Positions 1 to 8,435 of a DNA stretch of 24,183 nucleotides are shown piece after piece. The DNA is taken from the NCBI GenBank assembly GCA_012510745.1, contig JAAZHK010000063.1, positions 1 to 24,183 on the forward strand, written 5' to 3'. Both the position numbers and the translations under genes were made by a program. The DNA is from Mycoplasmatota bacterium (GTDB lineage: Bacteria > Bacillota_I > Bacilli_A > RF39 > UBA660). A model generated the notes under the pieces. The model saw nothing but the letters and a program-made list of their open reading frames with translations, was not told where the DNA came from and did no database searches. Position 1 is the stretch's first letter. The number at the start of each line of letters is the position of its first letter.

Positions 1-321
1 ACATGTGTCAGTTGTTAAACAAAAGACATAAGAATTAATAACCACGCTTTCTTCTTCATTAATGTTTCTCAATTTACTATTTAGTAATTGTTTAATTTCG
101 TTAATAGAATAGTCTTCTTTATAATTAATAACCGGTAAAAAACTAAAATCTTCGACATTTTGTTTTTCAATATAATCGTAATAACGATTTTCTAACATAT
201 CTAAAGCACTATTTAATGTTGTGTAGATAGCAGTTGATAAAAAACAAAGAAGAATAATACCCAGCATTTGAACTTTTTTATTTTTTAAACCTTTTAAACT
301 GTTTATAAATAATAATTTCAC
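1..321 (-). CDS. ABC transporter permease, FtsX/MacB-like, N-terminal part (runs off the window start)
   Basis: GTG at 321-319, 4 nt after the ATPase stop. The frame is open to position 1: MKLLFINSLKGLKNKKVQMLGIILLCFLSTAIYTTLNSALDMLENRYYDYIEKQNVEDFSF. Basic N-terminus plus TM helix plus extracellular domain is typical of FtsX-family permeases. Not in the supplied ORF track. Confidence 0.8.
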   Translation of the reverse strand, partial: MKLLFINSLKGLKNKKVQMLGIILLCFLSTAIYTTLNSALDMLENRYYDYIEKQNVEDFSFLPVINYKEDYSINEIKQLLNSKLRNINEEESVVINSYVFCLTTDTC

Positions 322-325
322 TATA

Positions 326-1033
326 TTACACCCACTTTACATCACTGCCAGATATTGTTTTAATATTATGAGTGATTTTAATAATTTTGCCACTATTCAT
401 ATTTATAACTGTGTTAGCCATGTTTTTTATACTAGGATTATGAGTTACTATAATAAGAGTAGTCCGATATTCTTTATTAATATTTTGAAGCATTGTTAAA
501 ACCTTTTTACCGGTTTTTTCATCTAAAGCACCTGTTGGTTCATCACAAAATAAGACTTTAGGATTTTTAACTAAAGCTCTAGCTATTGAAACTCTTTGCA
601 TTTGTCCACCAGATAATTGATAAGGAAATTTATTAATATGTTTTTCTAGTTCTACTATTTTAATAATGTCATCTACATTTAATGGTTCACTAGATAATTC
701 CCGACCTAATTCAATGTTTTCTTTAACCGTTAAATTAGAGATTAAATTATAACTTTGGAAAACAAAACCTATATTATCTTTACGATATTTACTTAATTCG
801 TTTTCGTTAAATTTAGTAATGTCTTGATTATAAAATCTAATTTTTCCTTTTGTGGGGTTATCTATCCCAGATAAGATATTTAATAAAGTTGATTTTCCGC
901 TTCCTGATGGTCCTAATATAACAATAAATTCATGTTCTTTAACTTCTAAATTTATATTATCAAGTGCTATTGTTTCCGAGGTAAGAGAATTATATTTTTT
1001 GCTTACATTAGATAAAGTATATATTTCTTTCAT
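326..1033 (-). CDS. ABC transporter ATP-binding protein (LolD/MacB/SalX-like)
   Basis: Walker A GPSGSGKST, Q-loop FVFQ, signature LSGGQMQR, Walker B LFCDEPT, H-loop IVTH. Confidence 0.95.
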   Translation of the reverse strand: MKEIYTLSNVSKKYNSLTSETIALDNINLEVKEHEFIVILGPSGSGKSTLLNILSGIDNPTKGKIRFYNQDITKFNENELSKYRKDNIGFVFQSYNLISNLTVKENIELGRELSSEPLNVDDIIKIVELEKHINKFPYQLSGGQMQRVSIARALVKNPKVLFCDEPTGALDEKTGKKVLTMLQNINKEYRTTLIIVTHNPSIKNMANTVINMNSGKIIKITHNIKTISGSDVKWV

Positions 1034-1093
1034 TATTTTTCCCTTCTAAATAATATTATATCTACTATGATTGAAAAAGACCTTATTATTAAT

Positions 1094-1116
1094 AAAAAAA
1101 GATATCACTATCTTTA
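1094..1116 (-). terminator. Intrinsic terminator after the S41 protease gene
   Basis: Stem AAAGATA(1098-1104)/TATCTTT(1109-1115), 4-nt loop, T-run on the minus strand. Overlaps the stop at 1114-1116. Confidence 0.7.
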
Positions 1117-2331
1117 TTTTGTTAATAATTTAATGGCTTCTTGTAATTGATTATCGTTTTCTTCTATCGGATTTTTAAAATATTCTTCATTTAATTCTAT
1201 ATAATGAGTTGGCGTTATTCCTGTTTCATTGATCCAATTTCCATTAGGTGTTAACCATTTTTGAATAGTATATTTTAATGTAGCTCCATTTCTTAAGGTT
1301 GTAGCCTTTTGAACTGTTCCTTTACCATATGATTGCGTACCAACTATTAAAGCCCCATAAGATTCCTGTAATGCAGCAGCTAATATCTCCGAAGCTGAAG
1401 CACTTATCTCATTAATTAAAACAACAACATCTACATTTAAATTCTTCTTTTCTGTTGAATATATTTTACTTATTTTATCTTTAGTTTGTAATTGATATAT
1501 AATATGACTTCTATCCATAAATTGTGATGCCATATCAGAAACAGTATCTAAATAACCTCCCGTATTATTTCTTACATCAATTATTAAACCCGTTACGCCA
1601 TCCTTAAAAGCTGTATCAAGAGCTTTTTTAAATTGATCATTAGTATTAGCTGCAAACAAATCAATTGATATGTAACTTATTTTTTGATTATTATTAATTA
1701 ATTTGTATGTAATCGAATCTATATTAACTGATTTTCTAGTAATAACATATTCTTTTTCTTCGTTATCAGAAATAGTATTAATTTTTACTTTAGTATTAAT
1801 AGGACCTTTTATTAAATTAGCAATTTCACTAATACTTAAATCAGTTAAACTTTGATCATCAATTAAAGTTATTTTATCTCCTGGTTTAATATCTGTTTCA
1901 CTAGCTGGTGAATTTTTGAAAATTCGAACAACATTTGCTGTTCCGTCTGCATTGGCTGTTATTTCCATTCCAACACCAGCATATTCACCATTTAATCTTT
2001 CCATTAAGGCTTCCGTTTCTTCTTCATTCATATAAGTAGAATAAGGATCGCCCAAGTAATTAAACATACCATTAATAGCTTTTTCTATTAATACTTTTTT
2101 ATCTACTGTTTCATAATATTCGTCAACAATCTTATTATACGCTTCTTTAAAGATCGCTATTTCTTCATCATAATTACTATTAAAATCATGATTATACTCT
2201 TTACTAGTTGTTATTAATGTTCCCAATACAATACCGAAAATAATTGTTATAATCATTATAATTATTACTTCTAATAAATTAAATTTTATATTTTTAGGAA
2301 CTTTTATTGATTTATTTGTTTCTTCTTCCAT
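1114..2331 (-). CDS. ctpA: Carboxyl-terminal processing protease, S41A family (TM anchor, PDZ, Ser-Lys dyad)
   Basis: N-terminal TM helix, LGDPYSTY, PDZ region GVGMEI, DVRNNTGGYL, catalytic SASASEILA and YGKGTVQ, WLTPNG. RBS AAGGAG. Confidence 0.92.
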   Translation of the reverse strand: MEEETNKSIKVPKNIKFNLLEVIIIMIITIIFGIVLGTLITTSKEYNHDFNSNYDEEIAIFKEAYNKIVDEYYETVDKKVLIEKAINGMFNYLGDPYSTYMNEEETEALMERLNGEYAGVGMEITANADGTANVVRIFKNSPASETDIKPGDKITLIDDQSLTDLSISEIANLIKGPINTKVKINTISDNEEKEYVITRKSVNIDSITYKLINNNQKISYISIDLFAANTNDQFKKALDTAFKDGVTGLIIDVRNNTGGYLDTVSDMASQFMDRSHIIYQLQTKDKISKIYSTEKKNLNVDVVVLINEISASASEILAAALQESYGALIVGTQSYGKGTVQKATTLRNGATLKYTIQKWLTPNGNWINETGITPTHYIELNEEYFKNPIEENDNQLQEAIKLLTK

Positions 2332-2347
2332 TAGATTCTCCTTTTAA

Positions 2348-2896
2348 TTATAAAGAATTTAAATATTCAACAACCTGCTCTGTACCTGTAATGAACATAC
2401 TTAGTTGACTATTACTAATTTTCATAATAGTTACATCGTTAACTCTTATTTCACTAGATTTTGAAGGATTATAGTTAACATTGTCACTAATATATTTATT
2501 ATTTAAACCCACATTTAAATTAACATAATATACTCTAATTGCATTTTCTTTAGATTTATAATTATTAATATAATTTTTATATTGTTCAGCATTAGTATCG
2601 GTTTTATAATTATACATTATAATATAATAATCTGTTGGATTTTGATTAAAGGCAGTACCTATTAATATTTCTTCATATTGAATAGTAGCTGGTTTAATCT
2701 TATTACCAATCTTAATTTCACCAGTTACTAAACCTGATATAAAGTATACTAAAACTAATAAAACAATAACTATGGCAAATATTTTAATAGCTCTAGACAC
2801 ATCATCTTCTGGTTGAATTAATTGATCTTTTATTTTTCTTTCTTGCTTGATTTTTCCTGGTTTTAACATTTTTACTATACTTTTATTTTTTGACAT
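2348..2896 (-). CDS. Hypothetical single-pass membrane protein, possible redox-inactive thioredoxin-like fold
   Basis: 182 aa, RBS AGGTG, basic N-terminus, TM segment IFAIVIVLLVLVYFISGLV. The beta/alpha pattern (YYIIMY-helix-VYYVNL-VTIMKI) is reminiscent of a Trx fold. No Cys at all. The fold call is weak. Confidence 0.6.
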   Translation of the reverse strand: MSKNKSIVKMLKPGKIKQERKIKDQLIQPEDDVSRAIKIFAIVIVLLVLVYFISGLVTGEIKIGNKIKPATIQYEEILIGTAFNQNPTDYYIIMYNYKTDTNAEQYKNYINNYKSKENAIRVYYVNLNVGLNNKYISDNVNYNPSKSSEIRVNDVTIMKISNSQLSMFITGTEQVVEYLNSL

Positions 2897-2912
2897 TTTA
2901 TCACCTATTAAA

Positions 2913-2921
2913 ATTATAACA
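2913..2921 (-). promoter_or_regulatory. Extended -10 promoter element (TGTTATAAT)
   Basis: TGnTATAAT 16 nt upstream of the ATG at 2896; no recognisable -35. Confidence 0.55.
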
Positions 2922-2950
2922 TATAATTTTTTTTTTAGTGCTTTTTTTAG

Positions 2951-2978
2951 AAAAAAATAAACACATTGTGTTTATTTT
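2951..2978 (-). terminator. Intrinsic terminator after ssdC/ydcC
   Basis: Stem AAAATAAACAC(2954-2964)/GTGTTTATTTT(2968-2978) followed by a T-run. Contains the stop at 2972-2974. Confidence 0.75.
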
Positions 2979-3961
2979 AAACTGCTAACTGCAACCACTG
3001 ATTTTGCTATTTCTATTAATTCATCTTGGCTCATAACATCTGAAACTAAATAGTATTCAATACCATTACTAATCCAGTTGACAGAGGTTTCTGTTAATGC
3101 CCCTACTGTATCAATTAATAAGTAAGGTTCTCCATAGGTTGGTATAATTGAAAACTCATCTTCTATATCTACTGTTTCTTCAATAAAGAGAAAATCCTTC
3201 TCACCTTCAAAAGTCATAATAACTCTTTTTCCCTTTGTTTTTGAAATTTCTTCTTGTGATGTTAATGCTGTTCCTGATGGTATATATAGCGGGTAGATTA
3301 CTTCATCTATATTACCTGTTTCTTCTTCAATTTGATTATCTTTAATTATATTGTTTAATTCAAATTCACCATCATTAATATCTTTATTTATTTCATAAGT
3401 AGTAAAAACTAAAGTCATTTGAGGTATATTATTTTCGTTATATACTTCAACCATTTTTACTTTTAAATCTTTATCTAGTGTAATCTTTTGATTAATTAAT
3501 TTACGATTATTAGGATAATTAACTTGTGTTGTAAAAATAAATCCATCATCTGTTTTTTCAAATGTTTTTTCTTTATCATTTTCAATATCATTTACTAAGG
3601 ATTGAAGTAAGTATATTTGAGAATTATTATATGGCCATTCACTTTGAAATTTAAAACTTTTATTTAATGAAGGCGTTACAACAAAAACTCCATCTGTATT
3701 TTTTAAAATTATTTGTTCATGGTCATTACCCTTGTTTCTTAAGTTAACTTTAAATAAATCTTTTTTCTTATAAACAACTGATACATCGTAATCATATGTA
3801 TCATCATTGTTAACAATTTTTAAAGTTCCTGTTAATGTATATCCTTTTGTATTGTCAATTCCTTTTTTAAAGTCTTTGATAACATCCTTTTCATCATATT
3901 TACCACATCCTGTAAATAAAAAACATACAATTATAAGTAAAATTAAAAATATTTTTTTCAT
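2972..3961 (-). CDS. ssdC: LolA/RseB-fold sporulation lipoprotein, YdcC/SsdC homolog
   Basis: Lipobox LFTG-C. QIILKNTDGVFVVTPSLNKSFKFQSEWPYNNSQIYLLQSLVNDI closely matches the recalled B. subtilis YdcC segment QVILRNENGVFVLTPSLNKSFRFQSDWPNNSSQVYLFESLVKDV. The C-terminal region also aligns (KRVIMTFEGEK, GEP, W..NGIEY). Confidence 0.88.
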   Translation of the reverse strand: MKKIFLILLIIVCFLFTGCGKYDEKDVIKDFKKGIDNTKGYTLTGTLKIVNNDDTYDYDVSVVYKKKDLFKVNLRNKGNDHEQIILKNTDGVFVVTPSLNKSFKFQSEWPYNNSQIYLLQSLVNDIENDKEKTFEKTDDGFIFTTQVNYPNNRKLINQKITLDKDLKVKMVEVYNENNIPQMTLVFTTYEINKDINDGEFELNNIIKDNQIEEETGNIDEVIYPLYIPSGTALTSQEEISKTKGKRVIMTFEGEKDFLFIEETVDIEDEFSIIPTYGEPYLLIDTVGALTETSVNWISNGIEYYLVSDVMSQDELIEIAKSVVAVSSLK

Positions 3962-3990
3962 TTTTCACCTCTTTATTTTATTTTCATTTA

Positions 3991-4051
3991 ATTATATGGG
4001 CAAAAGAATAAGATATTCATGAATATTTTTGAATTTATAGCTCATTATAAT
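3991..4051. promoter_or_regulatory. Back-to-back divergent promoter region with a 14-bp palindrome; candidate sporulation-sigma promoters
   Basis: Perfect palindrome ATATTCATGAATAT at 4013-4026. Plus strand: GAATA(4021-4025)-N17-CATTATA(4043-4049), sigG-like. Minus strand: GAATATC-N13-CATATAAT(3998-3991), sigE-like with a short spacer. The AT-rich background lowers significance. Confidence 0.45.
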
Positions 4052-4078
4052 ATTAAACAGTTAAGAAGGAGGAAATTT

Positions 4079-4276
4079 ATGGCGACATTACAAAGAGTAG
4101 CTTTAATAATTACAATAATAGGTGCTCTAAACTGGGGTCTTGTTGGTTTATTTGAATTCGATTTAGTAGCAGCTTTATTCAATGGTGCCGAATCAGTTAT
4201 TTCAAGAACAGTGTATACTATCATTGGTATAGCAAGTTTGATAAATATTGGTCTGTTATTTGAAGACCTAGATTAA
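4079..4276 (+). CDS. yuzA: DUF378 small membrane protein, YuzA homolog
   Basis: Start placed at ATG 4079 (RBS AGGAGG) rather than 4019. IIGALNWGLVGLFEFDLVAALF is the DUF378 signature. Confidence 0.9.
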   Translation: MATLQRVALIITIIGALNWGLVGLFEFDLVAALFNGAESVISRTVYTIIGIASLINIGLLFEDLD

Positions 4277-4277
4277 C

Positions 4278-4305
4278 AAAAAAACAACTTTAAAAGTTGT
4301 TTTTA
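4278..4305. terminator. Bidirectional intrinsic terminator between convergent yuzA and cdaR
   Basis: AAAAACAACTT(4280-4290)-TAA-AAGTTGTTTTT(4294-4304), with T-runs on both strands. Confidence 0.8.
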
Positions 4306-5649
4306 ATTTTTAACTATTTTAATTTTGACAGTTGTAACCTTTGATTTATAATTAAGAGTTTTATCTGGACCATCAATACTGACTTTAACATCATGTTCTC
4401 CAACATCATATCCTGATAAATCAACATATGCTATAATATTAGATTCATCTAATTTATCTATAACATTTTTACTACCTTTAACAATGACTGTTATAATACT
4501 GTTCTCTTTATTTATGGCATACGCTTTTAAGCCTGTTTCAACGTTCTTTGTAACAATAGTAATATTTTCTATTTCTTTTGTAATAACACTATCAAGAGTA
4601 ATATTAACTGTTATTTTATCTACACTTAATGCTCTAATACCAGATGGTTTAGTTAAATTAAGATTAAAAGTCTTATTTTCAGCAAGACCTGCTACATCAA
4701 TTTCGATAGGAAAGGTTGAAATATTATCTAATGTTTCTTGATCTCCATATAAAGTAACAGTTGGAACATTAGATTTTAAAGCTGATATCGCTTTTCCAAC
4801 AGCTAAATCTCCTATTGGAATCAATTTAATTGGTACAGTTTTACTAGGTGATGAAATAGTTATAGAAGCTGTAACTTTAGCTGGTACAATTTCAACGTCA
4901 ATAATATTACTTGAAGCATCATAAGCAACTAACGGGATATCTTTAAGAGTAATTTCTCCTGGTGCTGGGTTTTTAATATTATTAATGTCTACTAAAGCTT
5001 TAACATAAGCAACTTCAGATAATTTATATTCTGCACCCTTAATAATTACTTCACTACGATCTAATTTTACAGAATCAATAACTAATTTTGTATCTAGCAA
5101 TTCTTTATGTAAAAGACTAACTTCTACTTCTCTTGTTTTCGATATCTTATCATAAATAACAACTGTAATAACAGAAGGGTCTAATTTATAAGTAATAGAA
5201 CTAATAACCTGATTATATTTTAAGGATACCTTATGAGTTCCTAATTTTAAATTAGTTAGATCTGCCGTAATTATGTGAGAAGGATATTGTTTAGCTAAAT
5301 AAAGGTCGGCTTTTCTACCGATTAAAGTCATATCAACAGTATCTGGAATTCCCTCTATAACATAAGCTTCTTCATTATAATCAACTTCAACTGGTAAATT
5401 ATATAATATTTCAACAGAATTATCAACTAAAACAACTATTTTTTGGTCAATAGCATAATAGGTTATAAAAGTTAAAATTAATGATAATACAATTAAAACT
5501 TGTTTATTATTTAATAACCTCTCAAAATAATTGTTATTATTTTTTTGAAATTCAGTTATTTTAACTAATATTTTAGTAATAGGATTAATAACTATTTTAT
5601 CAAAAAAATTAATGAATCTTTTGGGATTACTTTTAATCTTTTTTTTCAT
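4303..5649 (-). CDS. cdaR: c-di-AMP cyclase regulator CdaR (YbbR domains)
   Basis: One TM helix followed by repeated YbbR-type beta domains (YVIEGIPDTVDMTLIG, AKQY...ADLTNL). Directly downstream of and overlapping cdaA. Start placed at ATG 5649 (GAGG RBS); an in-frame ATG also exists at 5664. Confidence 0.88.
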   Translation of the reverse strand: MKKKIKSNPKRFINFFDKIVINPITKILVKITEFQKNNNNYFERLLNNKQVLIVLSLILTFITYYAIDQKIVVLVDNSVEILYNLPVEVDYNEEAYVIEGIPDTVDMTLIGRKADLYLAKQYPSHIITADLTNLKLGTHKVSLKYNQVISSITYKLDPSVITVVIYDKISKTREVEVSLLHKELLDTKLVIDSVKLDRSEVIIKGAEYKLSEVAYVKALVDINNIKNPAPGEITLKDIPLVAYDASSNIIDVEIVPAKVTASITISSPSKTVPIKLIPIGDLAVGKAISALKSNVPTVTLYGDQETLDNISTFPIEIDVAGLAENKTFNLNLTKPSGIRALSVDKITVNITLDSVITKEIENITIVTKNVETGLKAYAINKENSIITVIVKGSKNVIDKLDESNIIAYVDLSGYDVGEHDVKVSIDGPDKTLNYKSKVTTVKIKIVKN

Positions 5650-6460
5650 ATATTTCTTCCTCATTTATCTCTTCATCATCATAATCTTCTTCCTGTTTAG
5701 GCCTTAATTCATCAATTAACATCATACGTATGTCATCAAGTGTTAAATTATAATATAACTCACCTTTTACAGCAACTGAAACACGACCGGTTTCTTCAGA
5801 TACAACTATTGCTATAGCGTCTGTTTCTTCAGATATACCAAGCGCTGCTCTATGTCTAGTTCCTAATTTTTTAGCATTTTTAGGACTGCTACTTGTTGGA
5901 AAAACAGCACACGCACTACTTATTCTATTACCCTGAATAATTACACCACCATCATGTAAAGGATTATTAGGAAAGAAAATAGATATTAATAATTCACTAG
6001 ATAAATCAGCATATACTTTTTTACTCTTTTCAATATAATCCGATAAACTAATATCTCTTTCCAAGACAATTAAAGCGCCTATCTTAGTTTTCCTTAAGTA
6101 ATCTACTGATTGAATTATTTCATAGATAAGTTTTTCTCGTTCATCGACACTAAGTGTTTTATGTCTTCCTAATAATTGTCCACGCCCTAATTGTTCTAAA
6201 ATTCCTCTTATTTCAGGTTGAAAGATAATAATTAATGCCAAAGGACCCCACATAATAACATATTCTAATAGTAATCCCATTGTAACAAAATTAAAAATAT
6301 TGCTTATTAATTTTAATATTATTATAATCGCAACACCTTTAAAAATAAGGGTTAACTTAACATTGTTTTTAATATTTTTAAGGATATAATATAAAAATAT
6401 CCAAACTAATATTATATCAATAAGATCTTTAAACCAATCTAATATATTATTTATTGTCAT
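5633..6460 (-). CDS. cdaA: Diadenylate cyclase CdaA (DacA)
   Basis: Three N-terminal TM helices, IIIFQPEIR, catalytic motifs PLHDGGVII and GTRHRAALGISE. RBS AGGAGG. Confidence 0.96.
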   Translation of the reverse strand: MTINNILDWFKDLIDIILVWIFLYYILKNIKNNVKLTLIFKGVAIIIILKLISNIFNFVTMGLLLEYVIMWGPLALIIIFQPEIRGILEQLGRGQLLGRHKTLSVDEREKLIYEIIQSVDYLRKTKIGALIVLERDISLSDYIEKSKKVYADLSSELLISIFFPNNPLHDGGVIIQGNRISSACAVFPTSSSPKNAKKLGTRHRAALGISEETDAIAIVVSEETGRVSVAVKGELYYNLTLDDIRMMLIDELRPKQEEDYDDEEINEEEIYEKKD

Positions 6461-6494
6461 TTTTGCCTCCTATTATGGTGTTATTATTTTATTT

Positions 6495-6503
6495 ATTATA
6501 TCA
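6495..6503 (-). promoter_or_regulatory. Extended -10 element (TGATATAAT) upstream of cdaA
   Basis: TGnTATAAT in the dxs-cdaA gap. Confidence 0.5.
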
Positions 6504-6512
6504 AAAAAACAA

Positions 6513-8357
6513 TCATTTAGTAAAGGTTTTATCATTATTTAACTTTTTTATTTCTCTTAAAATAGATTCATTATCTAATTGTTCTTGTTGATATAGTTCT
6601 TCTATTGATCCTTGCTCAATAAATTTATCTTTAAAACCTAATATTTTAATTGTATTTTGAAATCCAAGTTTATTAAGTTCTAATAAGATATGATGACCCA
6701 TTCCTCCATTTATTAAATTATCTTCAATAGTTATAATATTAGTATTAAGATATCTTTTTAATAATTTTATATCTATTGGTTTTATAAAAAGAGCATTAAT
6801 TAAAGTAACGTCTAATTGTTCTTGTTCAATAATTTGATAAGCTTTTTGAACCATTTTACCAGTAGCTATTACAGTTACATTATGACCTTTTTTAAGAATC
6901 TCCCATTTACCATATTCTATTTTTTTAATAGACGGTAGTTCTATATAATCTGTACCTTTTGGATATCTAATAGCTATAGGTCCATTATAATCTAAAGCAT
7001 ATTCTAATATGGGTTTTAAATCTTTAATACTTTTAGGAGACATTATTATTATATTAGGAACAATATTTAGGTACGATAAATCAAAGATTCCTTGGTGAGT
7101 TTCACCGTCACTGCCAACAATACCAGCATGATCTAAAGCTAAAACAACAGAAGCTTTTGATATACATATATCATGAATAATCTGATCAAACGCTCTTTGC
7201 ATAAAAGAAGAATAAATAGCAACAACTGGTTTTATCCCTACTTTAGATAAACCAGCAGCAAAAGTTAAAGCATGTTCCTCGGCTATACCAACATCAAAAA
7301 AGCGATTTTTATATTGCTTAGAAAAGGAGGTCAATCCTGTTCCTTTATCCATAGCAGCTGTAATAGCCACTATCTTTGAATCTTTTTTAGCTAATTGTAG
7401 CAAGGCTTCTCCAAAGGCATTAGAATAGTTTTTTTCAGTTTGATTAATAATTCCTTCTGTTACATTAAAAGGATTAACAGCATGATATAAATTAGGATTT
7501 TCCTCTGCTAATTTATACCCTTTACCTTTTTTGGTCAAAACATGAATAATAACGGGATCTTCTAACTTTTTCACTCTTGTTAAAACCTTTTCTAAAGTTT
7601 TTATATCATGTCCATCAATAGGGCCTATATATTTAATTCCTAAATCTTCAAAATATTTTGCAGGTATAAATATTTTTTTAAAAGTATCTTTCAATTTTAC
7701 TAGTATTTTAAAAATATAAATTTCTAAAACATTATCATTTAGCGCATATTTAATTTTGTTTTTAAGTTTGATATATCGTTCATTTAAACTAATTCTTGTT
7801 AAGTAACTAGATAGACCACCAACATTGTTTGATATACTCATTCCATTATCATTTAATATAATAATCATTTTAGTTTTTTTTCCACCTAAATCGTTGAGGG
7901 CTTCAAAACTCATCCCGTTGCTAATAGAACCATCACCTATGACTGCTATAACATTATAATCTTTATTAGTAATATCCCTTGCTCTAGCCATTCCTAAAGC
8001 AGCGGAAATAGAGGTACTACTGTGTCCTGTTTCAAAATGATCATAAGAGCTTTCTTGGCAAGAAGGAAAACCTCTTAACCCTTTGTACTTTCTTAAAGAA
8101 TTAAATTTATCTTTTCGATTTGTTAAAATCTTATATACATAACTTTGATGACCAACATCAAAAATAATTTTATCTTTTTTAAAATCAAAGCTTGAACATA
8201 AACTGATAGTTAATTCAACAATACCCAAATTAGAGGCTAAATGTCCTCCTGTTTTAGAGACTTTTTCTAATAGAAAATTTCTAATTTCATCTGCTAGAAT
8301 TTGCTTTTCATGAATATTAAAATCTCTAAAACTATCTAATTTATTAAGCAACTTCAT
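6513..8357 (-). CDS. dxs: 1-deoxy-D-xylulose-5-phosphate synthase
   Basis: GGHLASNLG, FDVGHQ, GHSSTSISAALG, TPP motif IGDG...NDN, DVGIAEEH, QRAFDQ, DGETHQG, IRYPKG. Confidence 0.96.
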   Translation of the reverse strand: MKLLNKLDSFRDFNIHEKQILADEIRNFLLEKVSKTGGHLASNLGIVELTISLCSSFDFKKDKIIFDVGHQSYVYKILTNRKDKFNSLRKYKGLRGFPSCQESSYDHFETGHSSTSISAALGMARARDITNKDYNVIAVIGDGSISNGMSFEALNDLGGKKTKMIIILNDNGMSISNNVGGLSSYLTRISLNERYIKLKNKIKYALNDNVLEIYIFKILVKLKDTFKKIFIPAKYFEDLGIKYIGPIDGHDIKTLEKVLTRVKKLEDPVIIHVLTKKGKGYKLAEENPNLYHAVNPFNVTEGIINQTEKNYSNAFGEALLQLAKKDSKIVAITAAMDKGTGLTSFSKQYKNRFFDVGIAEEHALTFAAGLSKVGIKPVVAIYSSFMQRAFDQIIHDICISKASVVLALDHAGIVGSDGETHQGIFDLSYLNIVPNIIIMSPKSIKDLKPILEYALDYNGPIAIRYPKGTDYIELPSIKKIEYGKWEILKKGHNVTVIATGKMVQKAYQIIEQEQLDVTLINALFIKPIDIKLLKRYLNTNIITIEDNLINGGMGHHILLELNKLGFQNTIKILGFKDKFIEQGSIEELYQQEQLDNESILREIKKLNNDKTFTK

Positions 8358-8376
8358 AAATACTCCTTATTTTATT

Positions 8377-8385
8377 ATTATATCA
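8377..8385 (-). promoter_or_regulatory. Extended -10 element (TGATATAAT) upstream of dxs
   Basis: TGnTATAAT 19 nt upstream of the ATG; RBS AAGGAG follows. Confidence 0.5.
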
Positions 8386-8405
8386 CTACTAATAATATAA
8401 TTAAA

Positions 8406-8435
8406 TCAAAAAATGAAAGATTAACTTTCATTTTA
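8406..8435 (-). terminator. Intrinsic terminator after the hybrid kinase-like gene
   Basis: Stem AAAATGAAAG(8410-8419)/CTTTCATTTT(8425-8434), 5-nt loop, T-run. Overlaps the stop at 8433-8435. Confidence 0.75.

Noticed and set aside
151-157. Perfect Spo0A box (TGTCGAA on the minus strand)
   Set aside because: It lies about 165 nt inside the permease CDS, encodes NVED, and is not near a promoter. One 7-mer in 24 kb is compatible with chance.
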